DNA from: Spirochaetota bacterium
GTDB taxonomy: Bacteria > Spirochaetota > UBA12135 > COTS27 > CBDBHE01
Assembly (NCBI GenBank): GCA_965205605.1
Contig: CBDBHE010000008.1
Coordinates: 117,179-181,178 of the forward strand
Direction: 5' to 3'
DNA length: 64,000 nt
In this document: positions 18,808-30,201 of the stretch, in pieces
Layout: each line of letters begins with the position of its first letter
How positions within the stretch are numbered: position 1 is the stretch's first letter
Made by a program: the position numbers and the translations under genes
Notes under the pieces: generated by a model
Told to the model about the DNA's origin: nothing
The model's database searches: none
What the model saw: only the letters and a program-made list of their open reading frames with translations

Positions 18808-20725
18808 ATGTATTCAAAAAGATTTAAAATTATATTTAATTTTGTTACTATTTTTTTTTATTATAGGCATTAGTAGGCTTATTTATATTACTTACTCTTC
18901 AAATCCTATTTTAATTAAGAGTAAAAAAATCAGAAAAACAAGCAGTCGCTTTTCTATTTATGATCGAAACCAAGTTTTATTAGCAACTTCATTTGAGAAA
19001 TATAACGTCTACTTAAATACTCAAAAAAAAGAAAAAACAGAACAAGCCATTGATCTGTTAGTAGAAATGTTCCTTTTTAATAAAGAAAAATTACAAAGAC
19101 TATCAAAACAAAAAAAAATTGTCTTAATCAAAAGATTTATTAGCATTGAAGAAGCTAAAAAGATTTATGAAACTAGAAATAATGCTTTTCTTTTAGAAAA
19201 AGTTTATCAAAGATTTTATCCAAAAGAAAACACTTTGTCTCAAACTCTTGGTTTTGTTGGATTTGATGGGTATGGATTAACAGGAATCGAAAAGAAATAT
19301 AATTATTTTTTAAATAATGAAAAAGGGGGTTTTAAAAATGGAGCTCTTCATTTATCGATTGACTATAAACTACAAAAAAAAGTAGAAGAATATTTAAAAA
19401 AAACTATTGAAATTTATCAAGGAGATTCTGGAAGTATTATTGTTCAAGAAATCAAAACAGGGAAAGTAAGAGCACTTGGAAATTACCCACAGTTTAATCT
19501 TAATATCTTTAATCAATTTTCTAACAAATATTTTATTAATAATGCTATTTACAAAAATATTGAACCGGGATCTATTTTTAAAGCATTTTTTGCAGCTTAT
19601 CTTTTAGAAAAAGGAGCTAATTTAGATCAAAAAAAATATATTAGCAGAGGTGTGTATACTCTAAAAAATGGAGAAAAAATTAAAGACACTAAAGCGTATG
19701 GGATTATTTCTTTTAAAGATATTATCAAGCATTCTATTAATAGTGGTATTATTCAAGCTTGTGCTTCATTAAGTCAAAAAGAAATTTATGATTATCTAAG
19801 TCGTTTTCACTTCGAAAAAAAAATAGGCATTGAGTTTCCTGGAGAATCAGTAGGCATTATCCCTCATTATAAAAAACCTTGGGGTCTTAGGACCAAAGCA
19901 ACGATTCCTATTGGACAAGGGGTGGCGGTTAGTCCTTTAAAGCTAATTACGGCTTTTTCTGCTTTAATAGGAGATGGATTTTATAAAAAACCTTCTTTAA
20001 TTGAAAAAAAAATTCAACAAACCATTAACGGGGAAGTGCAAACTAATTATACACCTATAGAAATACTAAGCAAGGTGATTGAAACAGAAATCATTGGAAA
20101 AATAAGATTGCTACTAAGCTACGGGACAACAGAAGGTAGTACTGGATTTAAAGCAAATCAAACAGATTATAAAAGTATTGGTAAGACAAGCACCAGTCAA
20201 TTAGTCAATAAGAAAGAAGGTGGGTATTACAAAAATAAGTATGATTCTATTTTTGTAGGTGCTTTTCCTCAAAAAAAACCAGAAATTTCTATTTTAGTGA
20301 TTGTTACTAATCCTAAAAAATCTCACGCTGGTGGTATTGTAGCTGCTTCTCTTTACGCTAAGATTGTCCCAGAAGCTGCTGCCCATTTAAAAGTCTACCA
20401 TCAAAAGAAAATAAAAACTTATAACAATATCCCTATTACTGTAGCAAAGAAGAAAGAAAAAAGCAGTTTTAATAAAAACAATGTCCCTATTACTGTAGCA
20501 AAGAAGAAAGAAAAAAATAGTTTTAATAAAGATAAAATGCCTTCTTTTATAGGACTTTCTTTAAGGGAATCCATTGTTTTAGTTAAAAAAATACAGCAAT
20601 TTAACAAAGAAAAAAAAATCAAATACTCAACTCAAGGTAGAGGATATGTTTACAAACAAACCCCTAATGCAGGAAAAACTCTTAAAAAAAGAATGAAAAT
20701 AAAACTTTTCTTTAAAAAAAAATAA
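18808..20725 (+). CDS. Class B penicillin-binding protein (FtsI-like) with PASTA domain; probable frameshift between ATG 18808 and the main frame
   Basis: IYDRN, RFYP, GLTGIE, EPGSIFK (SxxK), SIN (SxN), KTS; PASTA MPSFIGLSLRES; ATG 18808 is 34 nt upstream of the called TTG, so out of frame. Confidence 0.85.
20423..20530 (+). repeat. In-frame tandem duplication, 2 x 54 bp
   Basis: NNIPITVAKKKEKSSFNK / NNVPITVAKKKEKNSFNK, near-identical DNA. Confidence 0.95.
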
Positions 20726-20731
20726 AAAAAA

Positions 20732-22523
20732 GTGGACACCTCATTCCCTATAAAAATTTCTAAAGCTAAAGATTCAACTCCTATCATTGAAATCTATTAT
20801 AAAAAAAAAGAAGAAAATTACTTTCTATCCAGTCAATACGCTCCAATAAAAGAAGCTAAAAGAATTATTGAAAATGCCTCGATCAAAGAAACTAAAGAAG
20901 TCCAATTTGTTTTTTTGTCTTGGAGCGGGTAATCTTGCTCTTTGTTTTGAAATTTTAAAAACGTATAAACAAGCCCAATGTTTAATTATTGAAAATCACC
21001 CTTCTATTTTAAAAGAAATTCAAAAACAGCTTCCTCAAGCAAATAATAGCTTTTTATTAAATGGGGCAACTTATACCTTCAAAAAATAAAAGAACTTTTT
21101 GAAAATTTCCCTTCAAAGCGAATTCTTTTCTTTTACAATAGAATCCAATTAAAGCTTTTTTCCAGAATTTTACACAAAGATTCAAAAAAAAATTAAAGAA
21201 ACACACGAAAAAAAAGCAATTAACATCGCTACTTTATCTCGATTTGAAAGATTGTGGCTTAGAAATATTACTCAAAATACTCAAAAAATCATTCAAGCCT
21301 CTCCTTGCACCATCCTTAAAAATAAAGGAAAAAATCACCCAATTGTTGTTATTGGAGCGGGCCCTTCGCTTTCTTTTGACTTAAATTTTATTAAAAAACA
21401 TCAACAAAATTTTATTATCATTGCTTTAGACACTATTTATAAAACTCTTTTAAATCATAAAATTTTTCCTGATATTTTAATTGTTGTAGACCCACAAAAA
21501 ATTAATAGTAAGTATATTGAAAATATCAAAAAAGAAAAAAAAAATGATTTGATTGTCATTGCAGAACCAGCTGTTTGCCCAAAAGGAATTAGAGAGTTTA
21601 AAAATATCTTTATGTTTGATACTATCTTTCCCTACTATAACTACCTCACTACCTTTTTTGGCAAAAAAGGTAGTATTGATATGGGGGGCTCTGTGTCAAC
21701 AACCGCTTATGAAGTCTTGCAGCTATTATCTTGCAAAGTAGCTACTTTTACAGGTCTCGATTTGTGTTATACAAAAGATGCTTATCATATTTCTGGTACC
21801 ATGTATGAAGATTATTGGTTTTCAACCATTGATTATAAAGAAACCTTTGAAATGAAGACTTTTAAACTTTTGAATTATTTTAATTTAGCAAAAACACAAA
21901 CCATTGACAAACAAATAGGTTACGTTGATGCCAAGTTTACTCTTTTTAAAAATTGGTTTGAAAAAAAATTAATCGACAATCAGTTAAAACTTTTTAATTC
22001 TTCCAAATCTTCCGTCTCCATTAACGGACTTTCTTATTTGCCATTTACAGACTTCATTAAGCAATACGCCAAAAACTCTATCGATAAAAAAAGCTTCTTA
22101 AAAGAATTAATCAAAAATAATCAACCTTCTATTGATGAAGTAAATAAAAAAAACTTCTTATTAAGCTTACAAGAGGTTAAAAAAAATATCTCTAGCTACG
22201 AAAAAAAGGTCCAAGAGGCTAATCAACTCTGTGTGAAAATAATAAAAAAAATTAAAAAAAAAGAAAATTATTACAAAGAAAAAGAAAAATTAGATAAAAC
22301 CGATCAATTGCTTCAACAAGATTTTTTTGAAAAAAAATTCATTAACGTTGCTATTCAAGACATTATCAATAAAGTAAAAGGTGAAAAAGAAATTAAAACA
22401 AAAAAAACACTTTCCAAAGAAGAAGAAATTTATGAAATCTCAAAAATGCTTTATAACGAAATTATTGAAGCTTGCAAGCTTAATGTAAAATATTTTGAAA
22501 AGGTAAGTAAAAGTTTTATTTAA
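20732..22523 (+). CDS. Maf/DUF115 family protein, split by about 3 frameshifts in the 5' part
   Basis: [43 protein letters not shown] motifs spread over successive frames; shifts near 20902, 21075, 21160. Confidence 0.8.
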
Positions 22524-24199
22524 TCTTTTAGTTTTTTATGTTTGCTTTTTTTAGATTGAGAATTTTCTTCTTCTAAAATTTCTGTTTTATATTCTTCATA
22601 TTCTGTATAATTACCAATAAAAAAGTTAACTTTGCTCTCTCCTTCAAAAGATAAAATATGAGTTGAAATACGATCTAAAAAATAACGATCGTGACTTATA
22701 ATTAAAATACAACCTGCAAATGATAAAAGAGCCTCTTCTAAAGCTCTAAGCGTATCAATGTCCAAATCATTAGTAGGTTCATCAAGTAAAATAACATTTC
22801 CCCCTAATTTTAATAACTTAGCTAAATGAACCCGGTTTCTTTCTCCTCCAGAAAGTCCTCCTACTTTTTTTTTGTTGCTCAACACCTTTAAAGCCAAAAG
22901 AGCCCACGTACGCTCTAGAATGCATTTTTTTATAGCCTAAATCAATTTCTTCTTGACCTTCTGAAATTGATTGCCAAATATTATCATCTTGCTTCAAATT
23001 ATCTCGAAACTGTCCGACATAAGCCCATCTTTACAGTCTGCCCTATGGAAGCTTTTCCCTGATCAACTTTTTCTAGTCCCACTAAAATGTTAAACAACGT
23101 TGTTTTACCCATTCCATTGGCCCCCAATAATTCCTACAATCGCCCCTCTTGGTACATTCATATTTAAGTGATCCATCAAAACACGATCCCCAAAAGATTT
23201 ACAAACATCTTTAAGATCAATGACTTTCTCTCCCAATCGTGGGGGAATTGGAATGTTAATTTCAAGTTTATCCAAATCATCATTAGCTTCTTGAGAAAGC
23301 AAATTTTCATAAGCTGTAATTCTTGCTTTACTTTTAGCTTGCCTACCTCTAGGGCCTTGTCTAACCCACTCAAGCTCTCTTTTTAAAGTTTTTTGTCGCT
23401 TGGATTCTGTTTTTTCTTCTAATTTTAATTTGCTTTTTTTTTGCTTTAACCAACTAGAATAATTGCCTTCAAAAGGAAACCCCTCTCCTCTGTCCATTTC
23501 CAAAATCCAGTTTGCTACATTATCTAAAAAATAACGATCATGGGTGACAGCAATAAGAGTGCCTTTGAAATTCTTTAAATAATTCTCTAACCAATCAACG
23601 GATTCTGCATCCAAATGATTGGTTGGTTCGTCTAAAAGAAGAATATCAGGAGAGCGTAACAAAAGAATACAAAGAGCCACTCGCCTTCTTTCTCCACCTG
23701 ATAATTGTTTTGTATCCATTTGTCCATCTGGTACCCTAAGAGCTTGCATCGCAACATTAAGAGTCCGTTCAACATTCCAGCCATCGGTAGCATCAATTTT
23801 TTCTTGCACTTGTGAAAACTCTTCCATCACTTTATTCATCTCTTTTTCTTCTAAAGATTCTCCCATTTTTTCAGAAAGTTTTTCAAAACGAGTCAAAAGC
23901 TCTAATGTTTCCCCCATTCCTTTTTTAATGTTATCCATTACATTTAAAGATAAATCTAACTGAGGTTCCTGCTCTAAATAACCAATCTTTGTTTTTTCAT
24001 TGATAATGACTTCACCAAAATATTCTTTATCTTGCTTAGCCAAAATTTTAAGTAATGATGATTTACCGGTTCCATTTTTTCCAATAATCCCAATTTTAGC
24101 TCCATTAAAAAAAGAAAGCGATAACTTTTTAATCACTTCTTTTTTAGGGGGGTGTATCTTTTTTAAATTAACAACCGAAATAACTGTTTTTTCAGACAT
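22520..24199 (-). CDS. ettA: ABC-F translational throttle EttA, interrupted by three +1 homopolymer insertions
   Basis: [57 protein letters not shown]; the intervening sequence restores by removing single bases near 23122, 23025, 22868. Confidence 0.9.
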
Positions 24200-24235
24200 T
24201 TTAATAAAATCTTAAATGAAAAGGATCTCCATATT

Positions 24236-24340
24236 TTATTTTTTTTTAGACTTTTTAATCGCGATTAAAATGAAAAATGAAAGACCACCAAAAAGAAAAA
24301 GAAAACCACAAATAAGCATCATAACTGATGATAGATTCAA
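24236..24340 (-). CDS. MetS-family small subunit of NSS transporter (34 aa)
   Basis: AAGGGGG RBS, TTG start, MNLSSVMMLICGFLFLFGGLSFFILIAIKKSKKK*; directly downstream of the NSS gene. Confidence 0.8.
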   Translation of the reverse strand: MNLSSVMMLICGFLFLFGGLSFFILIAIKKSKKK

Positions 24341-24364
24341 AACAACCCCCTTAACCTTATATTA

Positions 24365-25855
24365 TTAAATTAGTTTCTTCTTTCGATCTTCAAGAAAACC
24401 AAGTAAAAAGGAAACCAATATTGTCATTATAATAGGAAAAATGCCAATAATTAAAAGACTTGGCAGTGAATAATCACCATAAGGGTTTTTTATTTCTGCA
24501 TAAAACGATAAAATTAAAGTAATCCCTAAAAGAATCGGAATAAAAAAAGAAATTAAAAAAGAATATGTTTTTTTAATTTTAATTTCTGCATATTGATTAA
24601 CTTGATTACAAAATTGATCGAGTTTCATAAAATTAGAAGCCACAACACATAACACAATAACATTAAACGAAAGCAAATAATTAAAAACATAATGGTCTAA
24701 AATATCAAGCCAATAAAGCCCTGATCTTGTAACAAAAGGATAAGCAAAAACAAAACCAAATAAACTCACTAAAGTTGAAGCCTTTGTTCTAGAAAAACCA
24801 AAATGATCTGAAATAGCAGTTGTTACTGTTTCTAATAAACTAAAAGCAGAATCAATCCCAAGTAATAAAAGCATTAAAAAAAACAAAAAAGCAAAGATCT
24901 TAACTCCAAATGGAAGCGCTCCCAATGCAACAGGGTAAACAACAAAAGCAAGTGCAGGCCCAGAAGATTTCGCTAGAGTCTCAATAGAAACCGCTGAATT
25001 GAAAGCAAAATAACCTAAAATTGAAAAAACAGCAAAACCACAGATAAAACTAAAAGCGCAATTCGAAAAAGAAGTAATAAAAGCAGAATTGGGAATCTCT
25101 GTTTTTTTATCCATAAAAGAAGCATATGCTACCATCACTCCAAAACCAACAGAAAGTGAAAAAAATATCTGACCATAAGCAGCAAGCCACACACGAATAT
25201 CAAGAAGCTTTGACCAATCCGCTGATAAATAATAATTCAAACCTAAGGAAGCTCCATTTAAAGTCACTCCTCTAAAAACAAGAATAACAAGTAATAAAAT
25301 AGGAATAGGCACCGTATAAAGCACTACTTGTCCTACTTGCTTTATACCTCTTTTTACCACTATCCAAACAAAAAACCAAATCACACTCAAACCAATTAAA
25401 ATAAACCATCTCACTTGTAAAAGCCCATCCCAAGGAGTTTTAGAAATATTTAACACATGTTGATAAAAATAAATTTGACTATTTTCAAGATTTTTTCCAA
25501 AATGAGTCACATCAAAAGAAATAAGATATTTAAGAATCCAAGCTAAAATAACACAATAATAAACAATCAGTAAAAAAGAAGAAATAACAATAATCCACCC
25601 AAAAAATCTTAATTTTTTATTAATTCGAGCAAAAATCATTGAAATAGAAGTTTGATGAAAAACTCCAAGCCCATACTCTAAAATTATAACAGGGATCCCT
25701 ATCGTTAAAAGAGCAACAAAATAAGGAATTAAAAAAGCTCCTCCTCCATTTTGAGCAACAACATACGGAAAGCGCCACATGTTCCCAAGTCCTATAGCTG
25801 AACCAATAGCAGCCATAATAAAAACTAAACGATTATTCCACCTTTCTCGTTTCAT
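24365..25855 (-). CDS. Sodium-dependent transporter, NSS family
   Basis: GSAIGLGNMWRFPY, NGGGAFLIPY, QIFFSLSVGFG. Confidence 0.95.
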   Translation of the reverse strand: MKRERWNNRLVFIMAAIGSAIGLGNMWRFPYVVAQNGGGAFLIPYFVALLTIGIPVIILEYGLGVFHQTSISMIFARINKKLRFFGWIIVISSFLLIVYYCVILAWILKYLISFDVTHFGKNLENSQIYFYQHVLNISKTPWDGLLQVRWFILIGLSVIWFFVWIVVKRGIKQVGQVVLYTVPIPILLLVILVFRGVTLNGASLGLNYYLSADWSKLLDIRVWLAAYGQIFFSLSVGFGVMVAYASFMDKKTEIPNSAFITSFSNCAFSFICGFAVFSILGYFAFNSAVSIETLAKSSGPALAFVVYPVALGALPFGVKIFAFLFFLMLLLLGIDSAFSLLETVTTAISDHFGFSRTKASTLVSLFGFVFAYPFVTRSGLYWLDILDHYVFNYLLSFNVIVLCVVASNFMKLDQFCNQVNQYAEIKIKKTYSFLISFFIPILLGITLILSFYAEIKNPYGDYSLPSLLIIGIFPIIMTILVSFLLGFLEDRKKKLI

Positions 25856-25932
25856 AAAATTTGCCTTCTTAAAAATTTACTTTAAAGTAAATTTAAAATA
25901 AGATCTTTTAAAAATCAATCCATGTTTGTTTT

Positions 25933-26757
25933 TTATCTTTTAAAACCGTACCACCGATTAAGAAAAAAAAAATAAAAAGCACGTAGGTATCTTTTTCTTT
26001 TAAAAGCCCCTTGGTACAAAATAAAGGTTTTTTTAAGTATGTATTTTTTAACAAGACTTCTTTTTCCATCCTCTAAATCTCGGTGATAAATTTTACAAAG
26101 TGCTTTCACTCTAAAACGATCCATACTTTCATATTGAAAAGACAATTGATTTAAATGACCTTGATAACGCTTAATTAAAGGTTCTTCAATAAGCCCTACA
26201 AAGTATTTGTTTGTCACTCTAAGCCAATAATCGTAATCTTCACAACTAGGTAATTTTTCATCAAACAAACCAATTTGATCAATAAGAGCCTTACTTAAAA
26301 CAACACTGGAAGGTGTTATCACGCAATACTTAACACTTAAATCAAATAAAAACCCTGCCGTCTTTTGATATTTTTTTGGAATAACAACTTGTTTATTATT
26401 TCTAATCCAAAAATCTTGTGTTTGTGAAATATGATACTGAGGGTTTTCTTTTATAAAGTGATATTGTTTTTCAAGTTTTTTTTCTAACCACGCATCATCT
26501 GAATCTAATAAAGCAATCCATTTGCCTTTTGACAAACGAATTCCATGATTTCTTGCTTTAGAAACCCCTCCTCGACTTTGGTAAATATATTGAAATCGCT
26601 TATCTTTGGGAAGTAAATCTTTAACACTGGTAGGTGAGCCATCATCAATAATAAGACATTGATAATCTTTAAAAGTTTGGTTTAAAACAGAACTCAAAGC
26701 TCTTTTTAAAAGCTCATATCTGGAAAAAACAGGAATGACAACTGAAAAAAAAGGCAA
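25933..26757 (-). CDS. Glycosyltransferase family 2
   Basis: SVVIP, DDGS, GVSKARN, LDSDD, EDYDYWLR. Confidence 0.92.
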   Translation of the reverse strand: MPFFSVVIPVFSRYELLKRALSSVLNQTFKDYQCLIIDDGSPTSVKDLLPKDKRFQYIYQSRGGVSKARNHGIRLSKGKWIALLDSDDAWLEKKLEKQYHFIKENPQYHISQTQDFWIRNNKQVVIPKKYQKTAGFLFDLSVKYCVITPSSVVLSKALIDQIGLFDEKLPSCEDYDYWLRVTNKYFVGLIEEPLIKRYQGHLNQLSFQYESMDRFRVKALCKIYHRDLEDGKRSLVKKYILKKTFILYQGAFKRKRYLRAFYFFFLNRWYGFKR

Positions 26758-26784
26758 TGGTTAACTTAATTAAAAGCTAATAAT

Positions 26785-27117
26785 TTAACAAAAAGGACTG
26801 CTAGAGTAGGGGTTGTTTTTTTCGTCATATGTATTGTGTGTTTTACTACTAGGGTCAATCTCATAACCATATTCTTGATGACAGCTAAGTTTGTCAAAAA
26901 TTTGAATGAACTTTTTAGCTTGAGCTTTTGTAATGTGCACAGAATGAATGTTGTTTTTTAAAATCTCTTTTAAAAAAATTTTTGTCAGTTTGCAATGATC
27001 ATTGAAATCAACTTTTTTATTTAATTGAAAAACCTCACTTACCATTAAGTTAAGCTTTTCTCTAATGATCTCTAAAATAATACTCTGAAAAGAAGAGTCT
27101 TGGCCCTTTATCTTCAA
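26785..27117 (-). CDS. Hypothetical protein
   Basis: Co-oriented with glyQS; AGGGAG RBS before TTG. Confidence 0.55.
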   Translation of the reverse strand: MKIKGQDSSFQSIILEIIREKLNLMVSEVFQLNKKVDFNDHCKLTKIFLKEILKNNIHSVHITKAQAKKFIQIFDKLSCHQEYGYEIDPSSKTHNTYDEKNNPYSSSPFC

Positions 27118-27148
27118 ATTCTTACTCCCTTATGAAATAAAGAAAATG

Positions 27149-29287
27149 TTAAACTTTAATTTCATTAAAGTCAATGATTCTTTTTATAAAATTCTCTATA
27201 TGTATTAAAAGTAAAAGTCTATTAATTCTAATCTTTTCATCATCAACAAGAACAAAGATTTCATTAAAAAAATGAGATAAAGGTTCCTTAAAGTTCGCTA
27301 TAATTTGATAGATTTTTTCATAATTTCTTTCTTCAAAAGCTTTTTTTATTTCTTTTTTACTAAATTGATAATAATTATAAAGTTCTTTTTCTTCTTTTTT
27401 TTTTATTAATTTTTCATTAATAGAGCCCTTAGCCTCTTGGTTTTGTATCATATGAGTTAAACGTTTTAAAACTTGTATCAATTGATTAAAAATCTCAGTT
27501 TTTTTTTGCCGTAACTGATGAAGTGAAAAAACAATTAAATATAAATCATAAAAATTATTATTTTCTGTTTTAAAACTAGCTTTAATTTCATCTACTTTAA
27601 ATTCATAATTTTTAAAAATAGTAACGAGTCTTGATTTAAAAAAATTTAAAACTATTTTTTGAAATGCTTGTTGATTTTCAAAAAGACTTGTTTTCTTAAA
27701 ATAAGGCTGATAAATAAAACTCATTTTTTTTATCAATGTAAAAAGATCCAAAGAGATTTTGTGTTCAATTAAAATTCTAGAGATTCCCAAAGCAGCTCTC
27801 CTAAGGGCATACGGGTCCTCGCTGCCAGTTGGGATAAGCCCAATAGCATAACAACTTAAAATCAAATCAAACTTATCAATTAAAGCAAGACAAATCCCTA
27901 ACGTTGTTTCTGGAAGAGGAGAATGAGCCATTTTAGGTAAATATTGTTCTGAAAAAGCTTTTCCAATTTTAGAATTCCACTTATATTCATTGGCATAATA
28001 CCTGCCCATCACTCCTTGAAGTGTAGGGAATTCCTTAACCATTTCAGAAACCAAATCACACTTCATATACGTGATCGCTTTAGTTAAAAGAGATTCTTCA
28101 ATTGTTTCTTCAAAAAAGGAGTTAAGAATTAAACCTAGTTTTTTTAATCTTTCTGTCTTATCAAAATAAGAACCTAAAAGATGATGATCCGTCATTTTTT
28201 TTAATTTCTCTTCCCAAGTATTAAAACCAACTTTAATATCTTCCTTATAAAGAAACTCTGCATCCTTAAATCGAGCTGATAAAACTCTTTCATTACCTTT
28301 AATGACTTTTTCTTTTTTTGTAATATTAGAGATCATTATAAAACGAGGTAGTAAATTACCTTTTAGATCAGATACAGGGAAGTACTTTTGATATTCGACC
28401 ATTTCGGAAATTAAAACTTCTGAAGGCAATGACAAAAAAGAAGCATTGAATGTCCCTTCCATGAGAGTTGGATATTCTACTAAATGATTAGTAATATGAC
28501 TTACTTTTTCTTTTTGTAGTACGTTTATTTTTTTTTCTTTTTCAAGATTTTCAATTTGATCATCAATAATTTTTTTTCTTTCAGCAGAATCACAAATCAC
28601 AAAGTTTTTTTTTAATAATTTTTTGTATTCATTAGCATGGGGGATACAAAGAGCAGATTTTAATTTTGAAAGTTGCCCATGAGAATAAGTGACATTATTA
28701 GAATCTAACCCTGCAAAACGAAAAGAGACCGTTTTTCGATCTAACAAGCAAAGTAGCCACCGAATGGGTCTTAAAAATAAAGTATCTCCACTACCCCATT
28801 TCATCATTTTTGAAAAAGTGATTTTTGGTAAAGCTTCTTCAATAAGATGGGGTAATAAAGAAGCAATAGAGTCTGCTTTTTTTTCAAAATAATAAATAAG
28901 AAATTCTTTATTCCCTATTATTTCTTTATAAAGGCCTTCTTTAAGAGGTTTTTTTCTATCTAAAATTTGAAGTTGGTAACGAAGATCAAAGCTTTCCCCT
29001 ACCGTTGATTTTAAAAAACCAAGTCCTTGAGGAGTCCATTTTTCATTTTTAAAAACTTGACTTAGCAAAGGCCCTTTTTTATAAATTGATTGTTTTTTGA
29101 TTTTCTCATTTATATCACTGACTAAAATAGCCAGTCTTCTTGGCGTACTGTAAAACTTAATATCACGATAACCAATTTTTTCTTTTTTAAAAGTAGTCTC
29201 AAAAACACTGACAGTTTCTTTTATTCCCGTATCAATTAAAGAATGAGGTAATTCTTCAACTCCAATTTCTAATAAAAAATCAGCCAT
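27149..29287 (-). CDS. glyS: Glycine-tRNA ligase beta subunit
   Basis: LLEIGVEELP, TPRRLA, FLRPIRW, EFPTLQG, GSEDPYALRR. Confidence 0.96.
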   Translation of the reverse strand: MADFLLEIGVEELPHSLIDTGIKETVSVFETTFKKEKIGYRDIKFYSTPRRLAILVSDINEKIKKQSIYKKGPLLSQVFKNEKWTPQGLGFLKSTVGESFDLRYQLQILDRKKPLKEGLYKEIIGNKEFLIYYFEKKADSIASLLPHLIEEALPKITFSKMMKWGSGDTLFLRPIRWLLCLLDRKTVSFRFAGLDSNNVTYSHGQLSKLKSALCIPHANEYKKLLKKNFVICDSAERKKIIDDQIENLEKEKKINVLQKEKVSHITNHLVEYPTLMEGTFNASFLSLPSEVLISEMVEYQKYFPVSDLKGNLLPRFIMISNITKKEKVIKGNERVLSARFKDAEFLYKEDIKVGFNTWEEKLKKMTDHHLLGSYFDKTERLKKLGLILNSFFEETIEESLLTKAITYMKCDLVSEMVKEFPTLQGVMGRYYANEYKWNSKIGKAFSEQYLPKMAHSPLPETTLGICLALIDKFDLILSCYAIGLIPTGSEDPYALRRAALGISRILIEHKISLDLFTLIKKMSFIYQPYFKKTSLFENQQAFQKIVLNFFKSRLVTIFKNYEFKVDEIKASFKTENNNFYDLYLIVFSLHQLRQKKTEIFNQLIQVLKRLTHMIQNQEAKGSINEKLIKKKEEKELYNYYQFSKKEIKKAFEERNYEKIYQIIANFKEPLSHFFNEIFVLVDDEKIRINRLLLLIHIENFIKRIIDFNEIKV

Positions 29288-29298
29288 CAATTAAAAAA

Positions 29299-30177
29299 TT
29301 AATTTTTGTTTTTTAAAAGAGGAAATCCTATTTTTTCTCTTTCAGTTAAGTAAAGCCTTGCTACTTTTTTCGCTAAGTTTCTTATCACATCAATGTAAGA
29401 AACCCTTTCAATCACTGAAATGACTCCTCTTGCTTCTAAAACATTAAAAAGGTGAGAACATTTAATCACCATATCATAAGCCACTAAAGGAAGTTTATGA
29501 TCAATATTTTCTAAGGCTTCTTTTTTAAAAAAATCAAATAAAGTTAAATGTCTTTCTTTAGAAGCTAACGTAAAATAATACTTTGAAAATTCATATTCAC
29601 TCTTTTGATAAATCTCCCCGTAAGTGATTTGATCGTTATATTGTAAATCATAAACAGAGTCAACTTCTTGAAGATACATCGCAAGTCTTTCAAGACCATA
29701 AGTGATTTCAACACTAATAGGATTAAGATCAATAGAACCCATTTGCTGAAAATAAGTAAATTGAGTAATTTCCATCCCATCGATCCAAACTTCCCATCCT
29801 AGTCCCCAAGCTCCCAAGGTAGGAGATTCCCAGTCGTCATGCACAAAACGAATATCATGACAATTTAAATCAATCCCTAAATGAGCCAAGCTTTCCAAAT
29901 AGAAATTACGAATCTCTTTAGGAGAAGGTTTGAGCATGACCTGATACTGAAAATATTTTTGAAGTCGATTAGGGTTTTCACCGTAACGCCCATCTTCTGG
30001 ACGTCTACTAGGCTCTACAAAACAAACAGAGTAAGGCTCTGGACCTAAAGCTCTTAAGAAGGTTTCTGGATTAAAAGTACCTGCACCGACTTCTAAATCG
30101 CAACCTTGTTGTAACAAGCAGCCTTTTGAAGCCCAAAAATGATTTAAACGGGTAATAATTTCTTGAAAAAAAAGCAT
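29299..30177 (-). CDS. glyQ: Glycine-tRNA ligase alpha subunit
   Basis: [43 protein letters not shown]. Confidence 0.98.
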   Translation of the reverse strand: MLFFQEIITRLNHFWASKGCLLQQGCDLEVGAGTFNPETFLRALGPEPYSVCFVEPSRRPEDGRYGENPNRLQKYFQYQVMLKPSPKEIRNFYLESLAHLGIDLNCHDIRFVHDDWESPTLGAWGLGWEVWIDGMEITQFTYFQQMGSIDLNPISVEITYGLERLAMYLQEVDSVYDLQYNDQITYGEIYQKSEYEFSKYYFTLASKERHLTLFDFFKKEALENIDHKLPLVAYDMVIKCSHLFNVLEARGVISVIERVSYIDVIRNLAKKVARLYLTEREKIGFPLLKNKN

Positions 30178-30201
30178 CAAAATTTAAAATAAAAAAGCAA
30201 A

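Noticed and set aside
22860-23130. Programmed ribosomal frameshifting in ettA
   Set aside because: Three separate insertions within about 270 bp and no evident stimulatory structure; error or decay is simpler.
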